Both the position numbers and the translations under genes were made by a program. A stretch of 64,000 bases of DNA. Source: a virus. Position 1 is the first letter of the stretch; each line of letters begins with the position of its first letter. The stretch covers positions 190,917 to 254,916 of the IMG/VR virus record IMGVR_UViG_3300045988_171772; one strand, 5' to 3'. Below, one piece after another: positions 10,140 to 19,796 of the stretch. The notes beneath the pieces are model-generated. The model searched no databases and was not told the origin of the DNA. It worked only from the letters and a program-made list of their open reading frames with translations.

Positions 10140-10160
10140 TTAGAGTTTCTCTCCTTTTCT

Positions 10161-10568
10161 TTACAGAATAGAATAGTCAATATAGTCAGCGACTTCCTTA
10201 GCGACAACCGTCACACATTCAATGGTATCGGCATCGGTACGGAAGTTAATATGGTAAATAGCGACATCGGGATATTCGGAGGGCAATTCTACATCCACAC
10301 TATCAAATGGGATATCTTCGCAGTATTTCTGCACAGCATCGTTGATATTAGGCACCACCGTATGCTGGATATACTCTTCATTCTGAAAAGTCTGGGCAGT
10401 CAAGTGACAACCGATTCCTTCATCCGAGGGGAATGTACCGGGTTCATAAAACATGAGTTCGAGGATATATCGAGCCCATGCATCTTTCCCAGAATATTCC
10501 AATGGTCTTCCAAAGGAATCTAGATTGAAGCTCAAACCAGCCTTCTGATAGTTTTGATAGTTCGGCAT
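10161..10568 (-). CDS. baseplate wedge protein, T4 gp25-like (GPW/gp25 family)
   Basis: EPGTFPSDEGIGCHLTAQTFQN matches the gp25 core pattern G..P.D...GC.L..Q.F.N (T4: GSRPFDPEFGCDLSDQLFEN). The size of 135 aa is typical for the family. Confidence 0.65.
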   Translation of the reverse strand: MPNYQNYQKAGLSFNLDSFGRPLEYSGKDAWARYILELMFYEPGTFPSDEGIGCHLTAQTFQNEEYIQHTVVPNINDAVQKYCEDIPFDSVDVELPSEYPDVAIYHINFRTDADTIECVTVVAKEVADYIDYSIL

Positions 10569-10739
10569 TCAATCACCTCTCATACAAAGATGATATTAAC
10601 CCTGTGTAATCATGCTTAAAAATAAGGCTATTTTATAGTCAAACGAATTAGTAAGGCTTTTCTTCGGTCATCACGCTCTTTATACTTATCAAAACCAAAG
10701 TGATCAAAAAATCTTATTTGAGAGGTATTCATAAGAGAT

Positions 10740-10976
10740 ATGGATAGACTAGAAAGCGGAATCTGTGTATCAGTAGTCCATAAGACAGGATCTTCGATTA
10801 TGATGGAGATCTACGGAGTTGCAAAAGATTCCGACATTGACGCAATCAAAGAGAATGTCTATAAGATTGCGAAGGACCTGACAGGGAGCAAGACTCCTAA
10901 TGTCGCCATCACCACAAGACAGCATGGCAAAGATAGTATTCCCTTGAGAGAATTGACCATGAATGATCTTCTGTGA
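10740..10976 (+). CDS. hypothetical protein (78 aa)
   Basis: Isolated plus-strand ORF with a GAGGT SD, followed by the plus-strand terminator hairpin 10986-11034. Confidence 0.55.
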   Translation: MDRLESGICVSVVHKTGSSIMMEIYGVAKDSDIDAIKENVYKIAKDLTGSKTPNVAITTRQHGKDSIPLRELTMNDLL

Positions 10977-10985
10977 TGAACCCAT

Positions 10986-11040
10986 AAACGAGTATCCATC
11001 CTTCTTTGTATAAAAAAGAAATGGATACTCGTTTCTTTAA
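10986..11040 (+). terminator. hairpin terminator after 10740..10976
   Basis: 14-bp stem AAACGAGTATCCAT/ATGGATACTCGTTT followed by a T-rich tail. Confidence 0.55.
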
Positions 11041-11106
11041 ATAAAAAATATGCCCGGGTATCCATAGATGTAGGAAGGACGGAATCAACCTACATGGATA
11101 CCCGGG
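11041..11106 (-). terminator. rho-independent terminator after 11224..12696
   Basis: About 18-bp stem CCCGGGTATCCAT(A)GATGTAGG/CCTACATGGATACCCGGG, followed on the minus strand by CATATTTTTTATTT. Confidence 0.75.
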
Positions 11107-11223
11107 ATTTGTACCTCTCACCAGCAAAGCCGACCGAGTTTTACTGGATAGGATGGTAGGATTATGGCAGACGCGTGTGAGTCATAATCCTTACCTAATT
11201 ATTCCCTGATTTAGAAAATTTAA

Positions 11224-12696
11224 TTAGGCATCGTCCTTTTCTTCTGAATCAGAGAGGTCGATGAAGTTGTAGAGGGAGGTGTTATAGGGCTCTTTGTACA
11301 TCCGGAAGAGAATGGTCGGCTCTCCTTTATCATCCTCTCGGATATTTCTGGTCTGGATATTTGCGTTGATGCAGATACCCAGCTTGGTTCGAATGTCATA
11401 TCCAGTGAAATACCCGGTGCATCCCAATCTCGGGAATTGAACCCGGTAGTAGTCATGGAGGTCTCCTCTATAGATCCCCATATACTCGGAAGTTCGAGGA
11501 GCATCTACCAAGGTGGCATTCAGATTCAAACCAGGGAATACCTGGAATCTATCCAGAGGAAAATACATCACAGAGCCATGATCCGGAACTCGATAGTATG
11601 CATATTGGGCTCTTTCCATGATATACTGGAAGATGGTGTCCTCTTCAGGAATATTCACGAAGATTCCAAAAGAGGGATTGAGAGTGAGATACCCACGACT
11701 CTCTCCTCTATCCACATACCCAACTTTGAGATTCGAGAAGTCTACCTTTTTCAAGATATCCTCGAACTCATCCTCATAGGTAGCCGGGAATTTGTAATAG
11801 AGGATGAAGTGATTCGCAGGATCATCCTCGGTGTAATAGACACGGATCCCTTCCTCAAAGTAAGGACGATACTTATCAAGAGCTTCCTTACTATCGATAT
11901 TGACCTTGACGGTATAGTCATCTACCGATATCATCTCAACAAAGGGATGCACATCGAGATTGACGAATGGATACATAGGAACCAGTCTGTCATACCGAGG
12001 ATCAAATTCATCCTCAAAAGCTCCGGTTGTTAGATTATTTCCTCCATGGGCACTGTAATGAGAAATGAGTTTTTCCATAATCTCCAGAAGAGTGACTTCT
12101 TTCGTAGTCAACTTCATATAGAGAATATTGAAGAAAGACCGAGTTGCTTTCTTGGGATGATCATCCCGAGGAACCCATTCGTAGGATTCTTCCAATGCTC
12201 TCATCCAACGATGCATCGTCCGATACACCATAGAGCAGTTGGAATCCACCATCCCTCGATTGTAGAGATAGGATTTAAAAAAAGTAAACTCGGACATGAA
12301 GGATCTCATGAGATAGACAGAGAAATAGGATCTCGAAGTCTCGAAGGAGAGATCAATGGCACTGTCTTCTTTTTTCTCAAACTTTGTCGGATCTAGATAG
12401 ACCTTCTTGAGAATGTCATGGATATACTCCTGATCCAGACTCCTATCTTCCGAGAGACAGACAATAGGTCTTACCAAGCTCATCGTCTTGGTGGGCCTCT
12501 TTGGAATGTTGAAGGTAGTCACATGCTCAAAGAGGTAGAGACCATCATTCATGGTATAGAGATCGGTATCGTTACTGATCAATACCATATCACCCATGAC
12601 CCCAACATAAGAGTCAATTCTCCTATTCTCTTTGCCATCCTCCAATGTCTCTTTCTTGTAATAGCCGATGATGACAGAATTGTAACCCTTATTCAT
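11224..12696 (-). CDS. hypothetical protein (~490 aa)
   Basis: Long ORF. The track starts it at TTG 12702, with an ATG at 12696. A class I promoter motif lies upstream and a strong terminator downstream. Confidence 0.8.
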   Translation of the reverse strand: MNKGYNSVIIGYYKKETLEDGKENRRIDSYVGVMGDMVLISNDTDLYTMNDGLYLFEHVTTFNIPKRPTKTMSLVRPIVCLSEDRSLDQEYIHDILKKVYLDPTKFEKKEDSAIDLSFETSRSYFSVYLMRSFMSEFTFFKSYLYNRGMVDSNCSMVYRTMHRWMRALEESYEWVPRDDHPKKATRSFFNILYMKLTTKEVTLLEIMEKLISHYSAHGGNNLTTGAFEDEFDPRYDRLVPMYPFVNLDVHPFVEMISVDDYTVKVNIDSKEALDKYRPYFEEGIRVYYTEDDPANHFILYYKFPATYEDEFEDILKKVDFSNLKVGYVDRGESRGYLTLNPSFGIFVNIPEEDTIFQYIMERAQYAYYRVPDHGSVMYFPLDRFQVFPGLNLNATLVDAPRTSEYMGIYRGDLHDYYRVQFPRLGCTGYFTGYDIRTKLGICINANIQTRNIREDDKGEPTILFRMYKEPYNTSLYNFIDLSDSEEKDDA

Positions 12697-12780
12697 ACAC
12701 AATCACATACCTTTCTTTTTATTTTTGTGGATTTAATTCTCTTGATAGAGATCGGGTTCATGTATCTCTATCAAGAGAAT

Positions 12781-12811
12781 AATATATGGAAATCTTATGA
12801 GTCTTTTTCGA
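12781..12811 (-). promoter_or_regulatory. class I promoter-like motif
   Basis: On the minus strand, TCGAAAA-N18-TATATTATT, upstream of 11224..12696. It is embedded between two hairpins. Confidence 0.4.
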
Positions 12812-12876
12812 TACCCGTAAGATTTCCATATATTTGATTTTATTTTCCACACTTTATGAGTGAAGATAGTATAGTA

Positions 12877-13461
12877 TTATGATGAGATCAGAAGACGAAG
12901 ATTCCTTCTCATGATCTTCAGATTGGCAATGTTCGTCTGGCACAGAGTAAGAGGATCTTCTTTCTTGATCTTCTTATAGGCTTTATAGATGTCCATATCC
13001 TTTGCATCCATCATCTGATTCTTGGAGATAAAGAATGCATTGTATACAGATCCACCGGCAGCAATGAAGGGAATCTCCAATTGCAAGAGAGAAGAGACAG
13101 CGACAATGATCAAGGTGCCAATCAACTGCATGATCTGCATCCCCTTGACATTCTTCTTGTAACCTGCCAAATCTCCTCTATGCTTAAACTCCTCTTCCAA
13201 GATTTCCAGATTGGAGATGATAGTATCACATTTCTTGATCAGATCCTTACAGAGAGGAACAACTCTCTCCGGTTGGGTATCATAGATCTCAGGAAGTTTC
13301 TGTACCATCTTCTGAAGATATTGAATGTCGCCATTCTCATAAATCATCAGAGCCAATCTGGTAATCTTATCCAATTGAGCATAATCTGCCTTGGTGATCT
13401 TGACATCTGTAAAGGTAGCCTCAAAGACAACTCTGTCAAAGAGTTCTGCATTACAAGACAT
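12877..13461 (-). CDS. hypothetical membrane protein (194 aa)
   Basis: The ORF contains a central hydrophobic stretch, MQLIGTLIIVAVSSLLQLEIPFIAAGGSVYNAFFI. Confidence 0.75.
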   Translation of the reverse strand: MSCNAELFDRVVFEATFTDVKITKADYAQLDKITRLALMIYENGDIQYLQKMVQKLPEIYDTQPERVVPLCKDLIKKCDTIISNLEILEEEFKHRGDLAGYKKNVKGMQIMQLIGTLIIVAVSSLLQLEIPFIAAGGSVYNAFFISKNQMMDAKDMDIYKAYKKIKKEDPLTLCQTNIANLKIMRRNLRLLISS

Positions 13462-13570
13462 TTGGATGAATCACCACCATATCTATACTTAGCATTTTAA
13501 TGATTTTGTTTTTCTGGTATTCTGATACAGAGTTTATAAGTCTTTTCGATAAGGAGATACCAGAATCCTT

Positions 13571-13996
13571 ATGAGGTTACTCAAAGATCTTCATCTATAT
13601 TCTACGATTGGATTCAATGAAATCAAATTTTATGATTCATTTGATTATGTCAGATCATTGATTGTGGATCCTTATTGTATCATGAGATCACAGGAAGATT
13701 CTTCTTTCTATAAGAGAGTCTTCAATGATGGAAATCTCATCCTCTCCTTCCATAGAGAAATGCATCATCTTACCAGGATTCAATACAATCTCAATCATAA
13801 CTCTATGACTAGATTGTATCTGGATGCCGATGCAGTTTCTCCCTATATCTACAATGTCTTGGAATGGGTCATCCTTCATGATCAAGATACTGTCAAGTTA
13901 GGAGAGGAATCTTATCATTCGGATAAACTCCATATGGATCTCTTTCATGTATCCAATCACATCAGACATTTATCTCTCATTGAATTATTTCCCTGA
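13571..13996 (+). CDS. hypothetical protein (141 aa)
   Basis: Plus-strand ORF with AAGGAGA upstream of the ATG. Confidence 0.6.
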   Translation: MRLLKDLHLYSTIGFNEIKFYDSFDYVRSLIVDPYCIMRSQEDSSFYKRVFNDGNLILSFHREMHHLTRIQYNLNHNSMTRLYLDADAVSPYIYNVLEWVILHDQDTVKLGEESYHSDKLHMDLFHVSNHIRHLSLIELFP

Positions 13997-14122
13997 GAGA
14001 GTATACTACAGGCCCATATCGGGTAACCTCAAAACTCCAACTTAAGTAGATATAAATGTGACCCGTCTATGTTTTAGTAAGACGATAGGGGATCGTCATA
14101 CGAAAAGGATCGTTTAGCAATT

Positions 14123-14500
14123 ATGGCTACTTATCTTCGTAAGCTGAAAGACGCCAGTGGTTCCTTCGTCGTTCCTGCAACCGTCGCTGATGGTGTGTAT
14201 ATTGGAGATTCCAAGATTACCGATACCTTCACCGTCGCTTTCACCTATTCTGGGTGGACAGCTCAGAGCAATGGTTCTAAGAAAAAGACCTTCACATGTG
14301 CCAACATGAAGTCTACTTATAAAATCTGGGACTGGAAAGCGGTTGCTACTGGAACTCCCAAAACGGATGACATCATTCGTGAGAACCTGGGGTATATCTC
14401 CACTATCACTCCGGGTAATGGGCAGGTTACCATTGTCTGCAATTCGGATACTCCCACCATCGACTTCACACTGCGTATCAGGATCTACGGCAAAGATTGA
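14123..14500 (+). CDS. small protein (125 aa) carrying the fibre N-terminal adaptor motif
   Basis: The N-terminus MATYLRKLKDASGSFVVPATVADGVYIGD parallels MATYIRQLTDNAGNNILPATRAEGVYFHD of the fibre at 36650..37636. It is followed by the bidirectional terminator 14556-14607. Confidence 0.7.
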   Translation: MATYLRKLKDASGSFVVPATVADGVYIGDSKITDTFTVAFTYSGWTAQSNGSKKKTFTCANMKSTYKIWDWKAVATGTPKTDDIIRENLGYISTITPGNGQVTIVCNSDTPTIDFTLRIRIYGKD

Positions 14501-14555
14501 TTCACATCTCTGCGCAATTATCTTCACATAAAATCTACACAATCAAATATTTGAT

Positions 14556-14607
14556 AAAAAGGAAGGCATACATCCCATTGTGGGTTGATGTATGCCTTCC
14601 TTTTTTA
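14556..14607. terminator. bidirectional terminator
   Basis: 14-bp stem GGAAGGCATACATC/GATGTATGCCTTCC flanked by A5 and T6. Confidence 0.8.
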
Positions 14608-14618
14608 TTGCTTAATCC

Positions 14619-15134
14619 TTAGATGACCTGGAAGATGGTTTTATTCCCATCGGTGTCATCCACAATCCGGAGGAAGGATGTGATATCCTCCTCCATCATT
14701 TCGAGATCCATCTTGGTCTTGTATCCGTATTCGTAGTCGAGGTAGTATCCATTCTGCTCAGGAGCTTCCTCAGATTCGACATAGGTACCAGTGACATGGG
14801 GAGATTCGACATACTCATGGAGAGAATAATCCACTCCATTGGTAGCAAGATACTCCTCATAGGTGACTTCCTCACCACGGGCGATCCGATAATGAGGAAC
14901 GATGTAGTGATTCCGAATCTTATGGAAGGTGGCATAGACTCCAAACTTCAGATACTTACCAGATTCATTGGATTCGGTAGAGGTGAAGAGATACCCATAG
15001 GGTAATTCGGGAAGTTTTCCACCATTGAGAGACTCTGTACCAAAGACAGAGTTCATCCATTCGGTGATCTTATCCTCTGTCATAGAGGCAAAAGAAAAGA
15101 CATCCAGACGAATTTTGTGATCCTGATATTCCAT
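14619..15134 (-). CDS. hypothetical protein (171 aa)
   Basis: ORF-track ORF with AAGGAGGAAA upstream of the ATG. Confidence 0.8.
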   Translation of the reverse strand: MEYQDHKIRLDVFSFASMTEDKITEWMNSVFGTESLNGGKLPELPYGYLFTSTESNESGKYLKFGVYATFHKIRNHYIVPHYRIARGEEVTYEEYLATNGVDYSLHEYVESPHVTGTYVESEEAPEQNGYYLDYEYGYKTKMDLEMMEEDITSFLRIVDDTDGNKTIFQVI

Positions 15135-15149
15135 GGTATGATTTCCTCC

Positions 15150-15635
15150 TTACTCTTTATGAGCGATAAGTTTTCCTTCGATTTCTCGGATTTCCTCGTC
15201 ATCGCAGACATGATCATGATAATGATTACAGAGGAGCATCCAGATGAGTTCCTTTGTATGTTTATGGATCTCCTCCGGATCATATGTATCCAGAAATTTG
15301 CTGCAGAGATCCTCGTAGAACTCGATGAAATCATCCTTCTCCTCTTGGCCGTATCCTATAGGAATACAGATGGGACGAACCCTCTCTTTGGACATAGAAT
15401 CCATATAGGACATACGAATGACATGATCGATCCTGGGTGTATGATCTTTCTCAATCATAACAACCTCAGAGATAGGATACAGATAGCACCGATCTCCATC
15501 TACGATCTGTTGAAGTCCAAAAGACCAATTCGAATACCAATAGACAATTTCTTTGATGTCATTCACGATAGAAGTCTTCTCGAATACATCAAAGCCTATG
15601 ATATCCGGATAATGATACTCTCTTTCCATACTCAT
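15150..15635 (-). CDS. hypothetical protein (~161 aa)
   Basis: The track ORF is 15150..15734. The internal ATG at 15635, preceded by AAAGGGGAAG and lying just after the stop of the small membrane ORF, is the more plausible start. Confidence 0.7.
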   Translation of the reverse strand: MSMEREYHYPDIIGFDVFEKTSIVNDIKEIVYWYSNWSFGLQQIVDGDRCYLYPISEVVMIEKDHTPRIDHVIRMSYMDSMSKERVRPICIPIGYGQEEKDDFIEFYEDLCSKFLDTYDPEEIHKHTKELIWMLLCNHYHDHVCDDEEIREIEGKLIAHKE

Positions 15636-15654
15636 ATCTTCCCCTTTGAATATC

Positions 15655-15786
15655 TTAGAGTAATAATCCTGCGAGATGTGTAAACATGATGGCTGATCCT
15701 TCCAAGAACTCATATCCAAGATACAGAAATCCAAGAACCATCAAACCAATTACAATTCCAAGAAGTAAATATGCTAAGCGCCTCAT
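15655..15786 (-). CDS. small hydrophobic protein (43 aa)
   Basis: MRRLAYLLLGIVIGLMVLGFLYLGY..., with GGAAAGGAGAG upstream. It lies directly after terminator 15813-15866. Confidence 0.45.
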   Translation of the reverse strand: MRRLAYLLLGIVIGLMVLGFLYLGYEFLEGSAIMFTHLAGLLL

Positions 15787-15812
15787 TCTTATAAAACTCT
15801 CCTTTCCATAAT

Positions 15813-15866
15813 AAAAGAAAAATAGGATGGAAGTATCCACTTAGAATAAAGTGGATACTTCCATCC
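15813..15866 (-). terminator. rho-independent terminator after the RNAP beta operon
   Basis: 16-bp stem GGATGGAAGTATCCAC/GTGGATACTTCCATCC followed by a T-run on the minus strand. Confidence 0.8.
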
Positions 15867-15875
15867 ATACTCTTC

Positions 15876-16316
15876 TTAGAAGGAAGAGTTTGGTGTCGAA
15901 ATCTTGATGATCTCCCAAAGTTTCTGGGAATTCAACAAGAATTTCTTTTGATAACTGTCTCGCATAGACAGACAGGTGAAGGTCAGTCCAACCAGATCAG
16001 CGTCATTGAGATAGATTGGTGCTTCCGACATCATTCCGATCTTATAGAAAGCCTCTGAATGAGACCTGTATCGATAGGGTTGTACAGTCCATCTTCCCAT
16101 AGAATCCGGGTCATTGTAGATGATAATCGGATCTTGTGAATTACAGACAAAATGGAATCTCTCTACCAAGAATGCAATTGGGAAATCCTGAAGACAGATC
16201 AGATATCCATATCCCTCTCCAGGGACAGACTGGGAATAGTCAATGAGATCGTATCCATATTGTTTGATATGATTCTTATAGTCTTCTTGAAGATCCTTTA
16301 TGACATGGGTATTCAT
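15876..16316 (-). CDS. hypothetical protein (146 aa)
   Basis: The ORF starts 9 nt downstream of the RNAP beta gene stop and is followed by a strong terminator. Confidence 0.8.
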   Translation of the reverse strand: MNTHVIKDLQEDYKNHIKQYGYDLIDYSQSVPGEGYGYLICLQDFPIAFLVERFHFVCNSQDPIIIYNDPDSMGRWTVQPYRYRSHSEAFYKIGMMSEAPIYLNDADLVGLTFTCLSMRDSYQKKFLLNSQKLWEIIKISTPNSSF

Positions 16317-16325
16317 ATGATGGTC

Positions 16326-18848
16326 TCACTCTTCTTCCGTTACAGATTTCGAGACAGTATCCTCATCTGCCGTTTCATCTCTGGCCTCCTCCGAAGATTC
16401 TTTCAGAGTGTCATCATGCATTTTGGAGGTGATCATAAACATCATCTCCTCGGTGATACTGCCAAGATCAAGTTTCTTTACTTCCTCTTGTTCGAAGACC
16501 CATTTCCAAGCTGCCTTCATCGGAGCTTCCTTGTCCGAGGAGACCACTTCATAGGTATCCATAAACTCATTATAGAGATCAAAGAGCTTGTCATAAATCG
16601 GTTTCCGAGAGAGACGATCCACCACAGTGAATCCATGGGTACGATACTGACGGATCGTATCCCGATAGACATACTCGTATTCTCCCTCTACATCAAAGTC
16701 AAGCTCAATGCCCATACCTTTGAGATAGGCAGCGAGAATGTCCACATTGATATTCGTGAAGTTTTCTTCTACCTTGAGCTTTTGGATGTCGAAGGGATCT
16801 CCCGATGCTTTGAGAATCCGATCCAGGGACTTTCTTGCAATGGGAGAAGAACGAGTGAAGAGGTTGTGCTCTGCAATGGTCAGACCCGACACAGCTGCAA
16901 AGAGGTTGTGCGTCTCACCAATCTTGATTGGAGACCGAGAATAGGGAGACAGATTGGATTTCTTGTCATTGCTCTTTGCAGGGACCTGTTTCTTATCAGT
17001 ACGACCAGTGGACCGAGCACTGAAATTCTTATTGGAAGTCTGCTTCAGAAGATACATATATTTGCTGCCGATGACAACCGGCCTCATGATCTTTTTACCT
17101 TTGATCCCAAAGAGATCAATGTAAGCATCATAGGGTTTGATATCCGGCCATTCATCATAGATCTTCCGAAGACAGTCATACCGCATTTTGGAATCCGGAC
17201 GTTTGACGATATAGAACCCATTCTCCTCGACATCCTGGATGAATTTCTTCTTTGCTTCTTCATCCACGATCTCAACCTGGATTCCATCCACATCAAATTT
17301 CTGATCCCAACTATTCCACATCTGGAGGAAGAAGTCATGCTGCTCCAGATTGAGGAGTTCGAGGAATCTCAAAATAACCTGCATCTTATCCTCGATGTCG
17401 GTCATCTTCTTGATCTTCCTCTGAAGTTGTTCTGCGATGAAGTTGATTTCTACTTCATAGAGCTGGTCTGTATTCAGACGACGAATCGAACCAGAGGAAT
17501 TCAGAAGAATGTCGGCGACAACCTTCTCTCCATCCTCGGTTACATAATAGGGCATATCACAGTCATCGACAATCGAGACCTCTTTGGCATTCTCAGTCAT
17601 GGTTTCCGGATTGGAATCCTCACTGAGCTGATCCACGATATTGTCAACGATGTGATTGAAAGACTCCGCAGGCTTCATGCCAAACTTCTCACCTGCATTG
17701 GTGATCTTGGAGATAATACCTTTATCACCATAACGACCTGTGAGTTTGAATCCTTCTTCCAGATCCACCACAGCAATCGTCTTGAAGATGACAACCAGAT
17801 TGGCGAAAGCTCTGTCTTTGTCTTTCCATTTGTATTCTTTATCGTTGAAGCGCTGATACTTTGCATTCAGATAGGATACCTGAGGAGTATAATGAGATCC
17901 AGAGGATTCAATCATCCTGCACATCTCAGACACTTGGGCAGCATACTGGCATTCCTGATCATAATACTTCTTGAGCTGCCGATAGAAGACATTTTCCGGG
18001 AAGGGATCGTCTCCATTGTAGCAGACATCAATGTCATAGATCAGAGAATTCTTCGGAGCAAAATATTCGGTATCGGTATCCGAGATGGTACGAAGTCTTT
18101 TATCCTGGAAGTCAAAGATGGCATGATTCAGATTCACACGGGCTACTGCACATACGGTGGAATTCTTGACATACTCACCCACTTCCGGGAAGCATTTGTA
18201 CTCACCAGGAGCACCATATACATTCTTGAGGATGTCGTTCGAGTTGACAGAGACCCGAACCTCATCCACTTCCACAGATTGGACATCCTTGGCCCATCCT
18301 CTGCGAAGTTTGATGGCATCTTCGATCGTGGCATTGTCCGTCACATACATGACACGGGCATTTTTGCCAATCCGATACTGCATATGCTCATCATAGGAAG
18401 TTGATTTATAGAGTACCTCATTCTGGACGGTATCTCCCTCTCGGAGAGAATCCATCTTGGAGGTATTGTAAGCGAATCCAAACTTTTCGGTCAGATTCTC
18501 AGCGATTGCCTTCTCGATCACATCCCAAGTATCGGTCTCTGCATTGTAGAGAAACATGGAATAGACATGTTTGCCTTCATACTTGGGGATGATCTTCTTA
18601 ACTTCCCACGTCCCTTCCATCTTCTTATAGGCATGAGAATACTTACCAAAGATATTCTCATAACCAGTCAGAATATGGGGGACATCGGGATTCATCATGG
18701 TAAGGAACTGCTTCTCATTCGAAGAAAACATGTAGAGACGGGATGAGTCAACGCCTTCGGGAAATCCTAACAAAGTAGGACCGAAAACTTTCTCCATTTT
18801 GTCTCCCCATTCTTCGTCCATTTTACGAAATTCGTCTGTGCCTGCCAT
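16326..18848 (-). CDS. rpoB: multisubunit RNA polymerase beta subunit, C-terminal half (split beta, 840 aa)
   Basis: Motifs match bacterial beta. SSRLYMFSSNEKQ ~ ANRALMGSNMQRQ. GRYGDKGIISKI ~ GRHGNKGVISKI. DILLNSSGSIRRLN ~ DIVLNPLGVPSRMN. FSARSTGR ~ HARSTGP. KIGETHNLFAAVSG ~ RFGEMEVWALEAYG. The N-terminal beta regions are absent. Confidence 0.85.
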   Translation of the reverse strand: MAGTDEFRKMDEEWGDKMEKVFGPTLLGFPEGVDSSRLYMFSSNEKQFLTMMNPDVPHILTGYENIFGKYSHAYKKMEGTWEVKKIIPKYEGKHVYSMFLYNAETDTWDVIEKAIAENLTEKFGFAYNTSKMDSLREGDTVQNEVLYKSTSYDEHMQYRIGKNARVMYVTDNATIEDAIKLRRGWAKDVQSVEVDEVRVSVNSNDILKNVYGAPGEYKCFPEVGEYVKNSTVCAVARVNLNHAIFDFQDKRLRTISDTDTEYFAPKNSLIYDIDVCYNGDDPFPENVFYRQLKKYYDQECQYAAQVSEMCRMIESSGSHYTPQVSYLNAKYQRFNDKEYKWKDKDRAFANLVVIFKTIAVVDLEEGFKLTGRYGDKGIISKITNAGEKFGMKPAESFNHIVDNIVDQLSEDSNPETMTENAKEVSIVDDCDMPYYVTEDGEKVVADILLNSSGSIRRLNTDQLYEVEINFIAEQLQRKIKKMTDIEDKMQVILRFLELLNLEQHDFFLQMWNSWDQKFDVDGIQVEIVDEEAKKKFIQDVEENGFYIVKRPDSKMRYDCLRKIYDEWPDIKPYDAYIDLFGIKGKKIMRPVVIGSKYMYLLKQTSNKNFSARSTGRTDKKQVPAKSNDKKSNLSPYSRSPIKIGETHNLFAAVSGLTIAEHNLFTRSSPIARKSLDRILKASGDPFDIQKLKVEENFTNINVDILAAYLKGMGIELDFDVEGEYEYVYRDTIRQYRTHGFTVVDRLSRKPIYDKLFDLYNEFMDTYEVVSSDKEAPMKAAWKWVFEQEEVKKLDLGSITEEMMFMITSKMHDDTLKESSEEARDETADEDTVSKSVTEEE

Positions 18849-18891
18849 ATTGGTTTCCTCCTTTGGTTTTCTATGGAAAAGAGATTGGTAT

Positions 18892-19461
18892 TTAGATGGT
18901 TATCAGTTTCCAGAGACCATACACCAATCCATATTGGCATTTTCTGAAAAAGCTAGATTTCGGCTCCTCTCTTTTTAAGTCGGTATATTCTAATTTATCG
19001 ATAGGATCGAGTCGATCCGATTTCACTCCTAATAATTTCGGGTTGATTTCTTGTAAGTAACGGATATGCGAGAGAAGATTCTGTCTCATGAGATAATAGG
19101 TGGAATACTGTAGAATGAGATTGTCATTCCAACGACACTCAGAGGCTTCCTTTCTACAGACCTTGAGTTTTTCGTTCATTCTCTCCACCTGTACGTTGAA
19201 GAGATTGACATAATATCCCTGTAATAATATACAGAAAGTTTCTGCGGCTCTATCATCTATGTCATACCGAATCTTCCCGTCTCCTACATGAAAGAAAAGT
19301 TCTATCTCATTCCAGAGAAGAAGAGTCCTCTTTAAGAAAGACTTCTCTTCTTCCAAGGAATACGTATCCGAACTGGGTAAATTCGGGATTTGTAAGGTTT
19401 CTACTTCATTCGCTAAAAATTGATCATAGAGTATGGATACAATGATCGAGCCCATAGACAT
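18892..19461 (-). CDS. hypothetical protein (189 aa)
   Basis: ORF directly upstream of, and apparently co-transcribed with, the RNAP beta gene. Confidence 0.75.
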   Translation of the reverse strand: MSMGSIIVSILYDQFLANEVETLQIPNLPSSDTYSLEEEKSFLKRTLLLWNEIELFFHVGDGKIRYDIDDRAAETFCILLQGYYVNLFNVQVERMNEKLKVCRKEASECRWNDNLILQYSTYYLMRQNLLSHIRYLQEINPKLLGVKSDRLDPIDKLEYTDLKREEPKSSFFRKCQYGLVYGLWKLITI

Positions 19462-19580
19462 TGTATCACCAACTTCCTTTCCGCCAGAACGAAATTTATA
19501 CTTCAGAGTTACTCATCAGCATATAATTGAAAGTTGATGGGAATATCATAATCTACCGGTTCGACCGAGTATACGGGTAT

Positions 19581-19626
19581 AAAAAGAAAGTCCCCTTACT
19601 AGATCTTGATATTTCTAGTAAGGGGA
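19581..19626 (-). terminator. rho-independent terminator
   Basis: 13-bp stem TCCCCTTACTAGA/TCTAGTAAGGGGA followed by CTTTCTTTTT on the minus strand. Confidence 0.75.
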
Positions 19627-19630
19627 AATC

Positions 19631-19792
19631 TTATTTTTCATTTTTCAGATTGCAGGATGACTTGTAGCAAGATCCGTTGTTGGTATTGGGACATTTGTTA
19701 CAGAGAGACACACCTGGTTGGTAATTCCCAGGGATTCTCTCATTCCGGTCACAATACATGCAGGCACAACCATTGCATTTACTTGCTTCCAT
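19631..19792 (-). CDS. cysteine-rich small protein (53 aa, 9 Cys)
   Basis: MEASKCNGCACMYCDRNERIPGNYQPGVSLCNKCPNTNNGSCYKSSC. The ATG lies 5 nt after the TGA of the upstream gene. Terminator 19581-19626 follows. Confidence 0.5.
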   Translation of the reverse strand: MEASKCNGCACMYCDRNERIPGNYQPGVSLCNKCPNTNNGSCYKSSCNLKNEK

Positions 19793-19796
19793 GATC

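Noticed and set aside
16152-18404. 750-aa plus-strand ORF overlapping the RNAP beta gene, with similar long antisense ORFs at 1434..2705, 22433..23326, 24344..25342, 25857..26579, 34132..35166 and 57018..57926
   Set aside because: The opposite strand encodes proteins with unambiguous conserved motifs (RNAP beta, tubulin, GyrB, PPK1-like). The antisense products are Ile/Leu/Arg-rich with no recognisable features or ribosome-binding sites.
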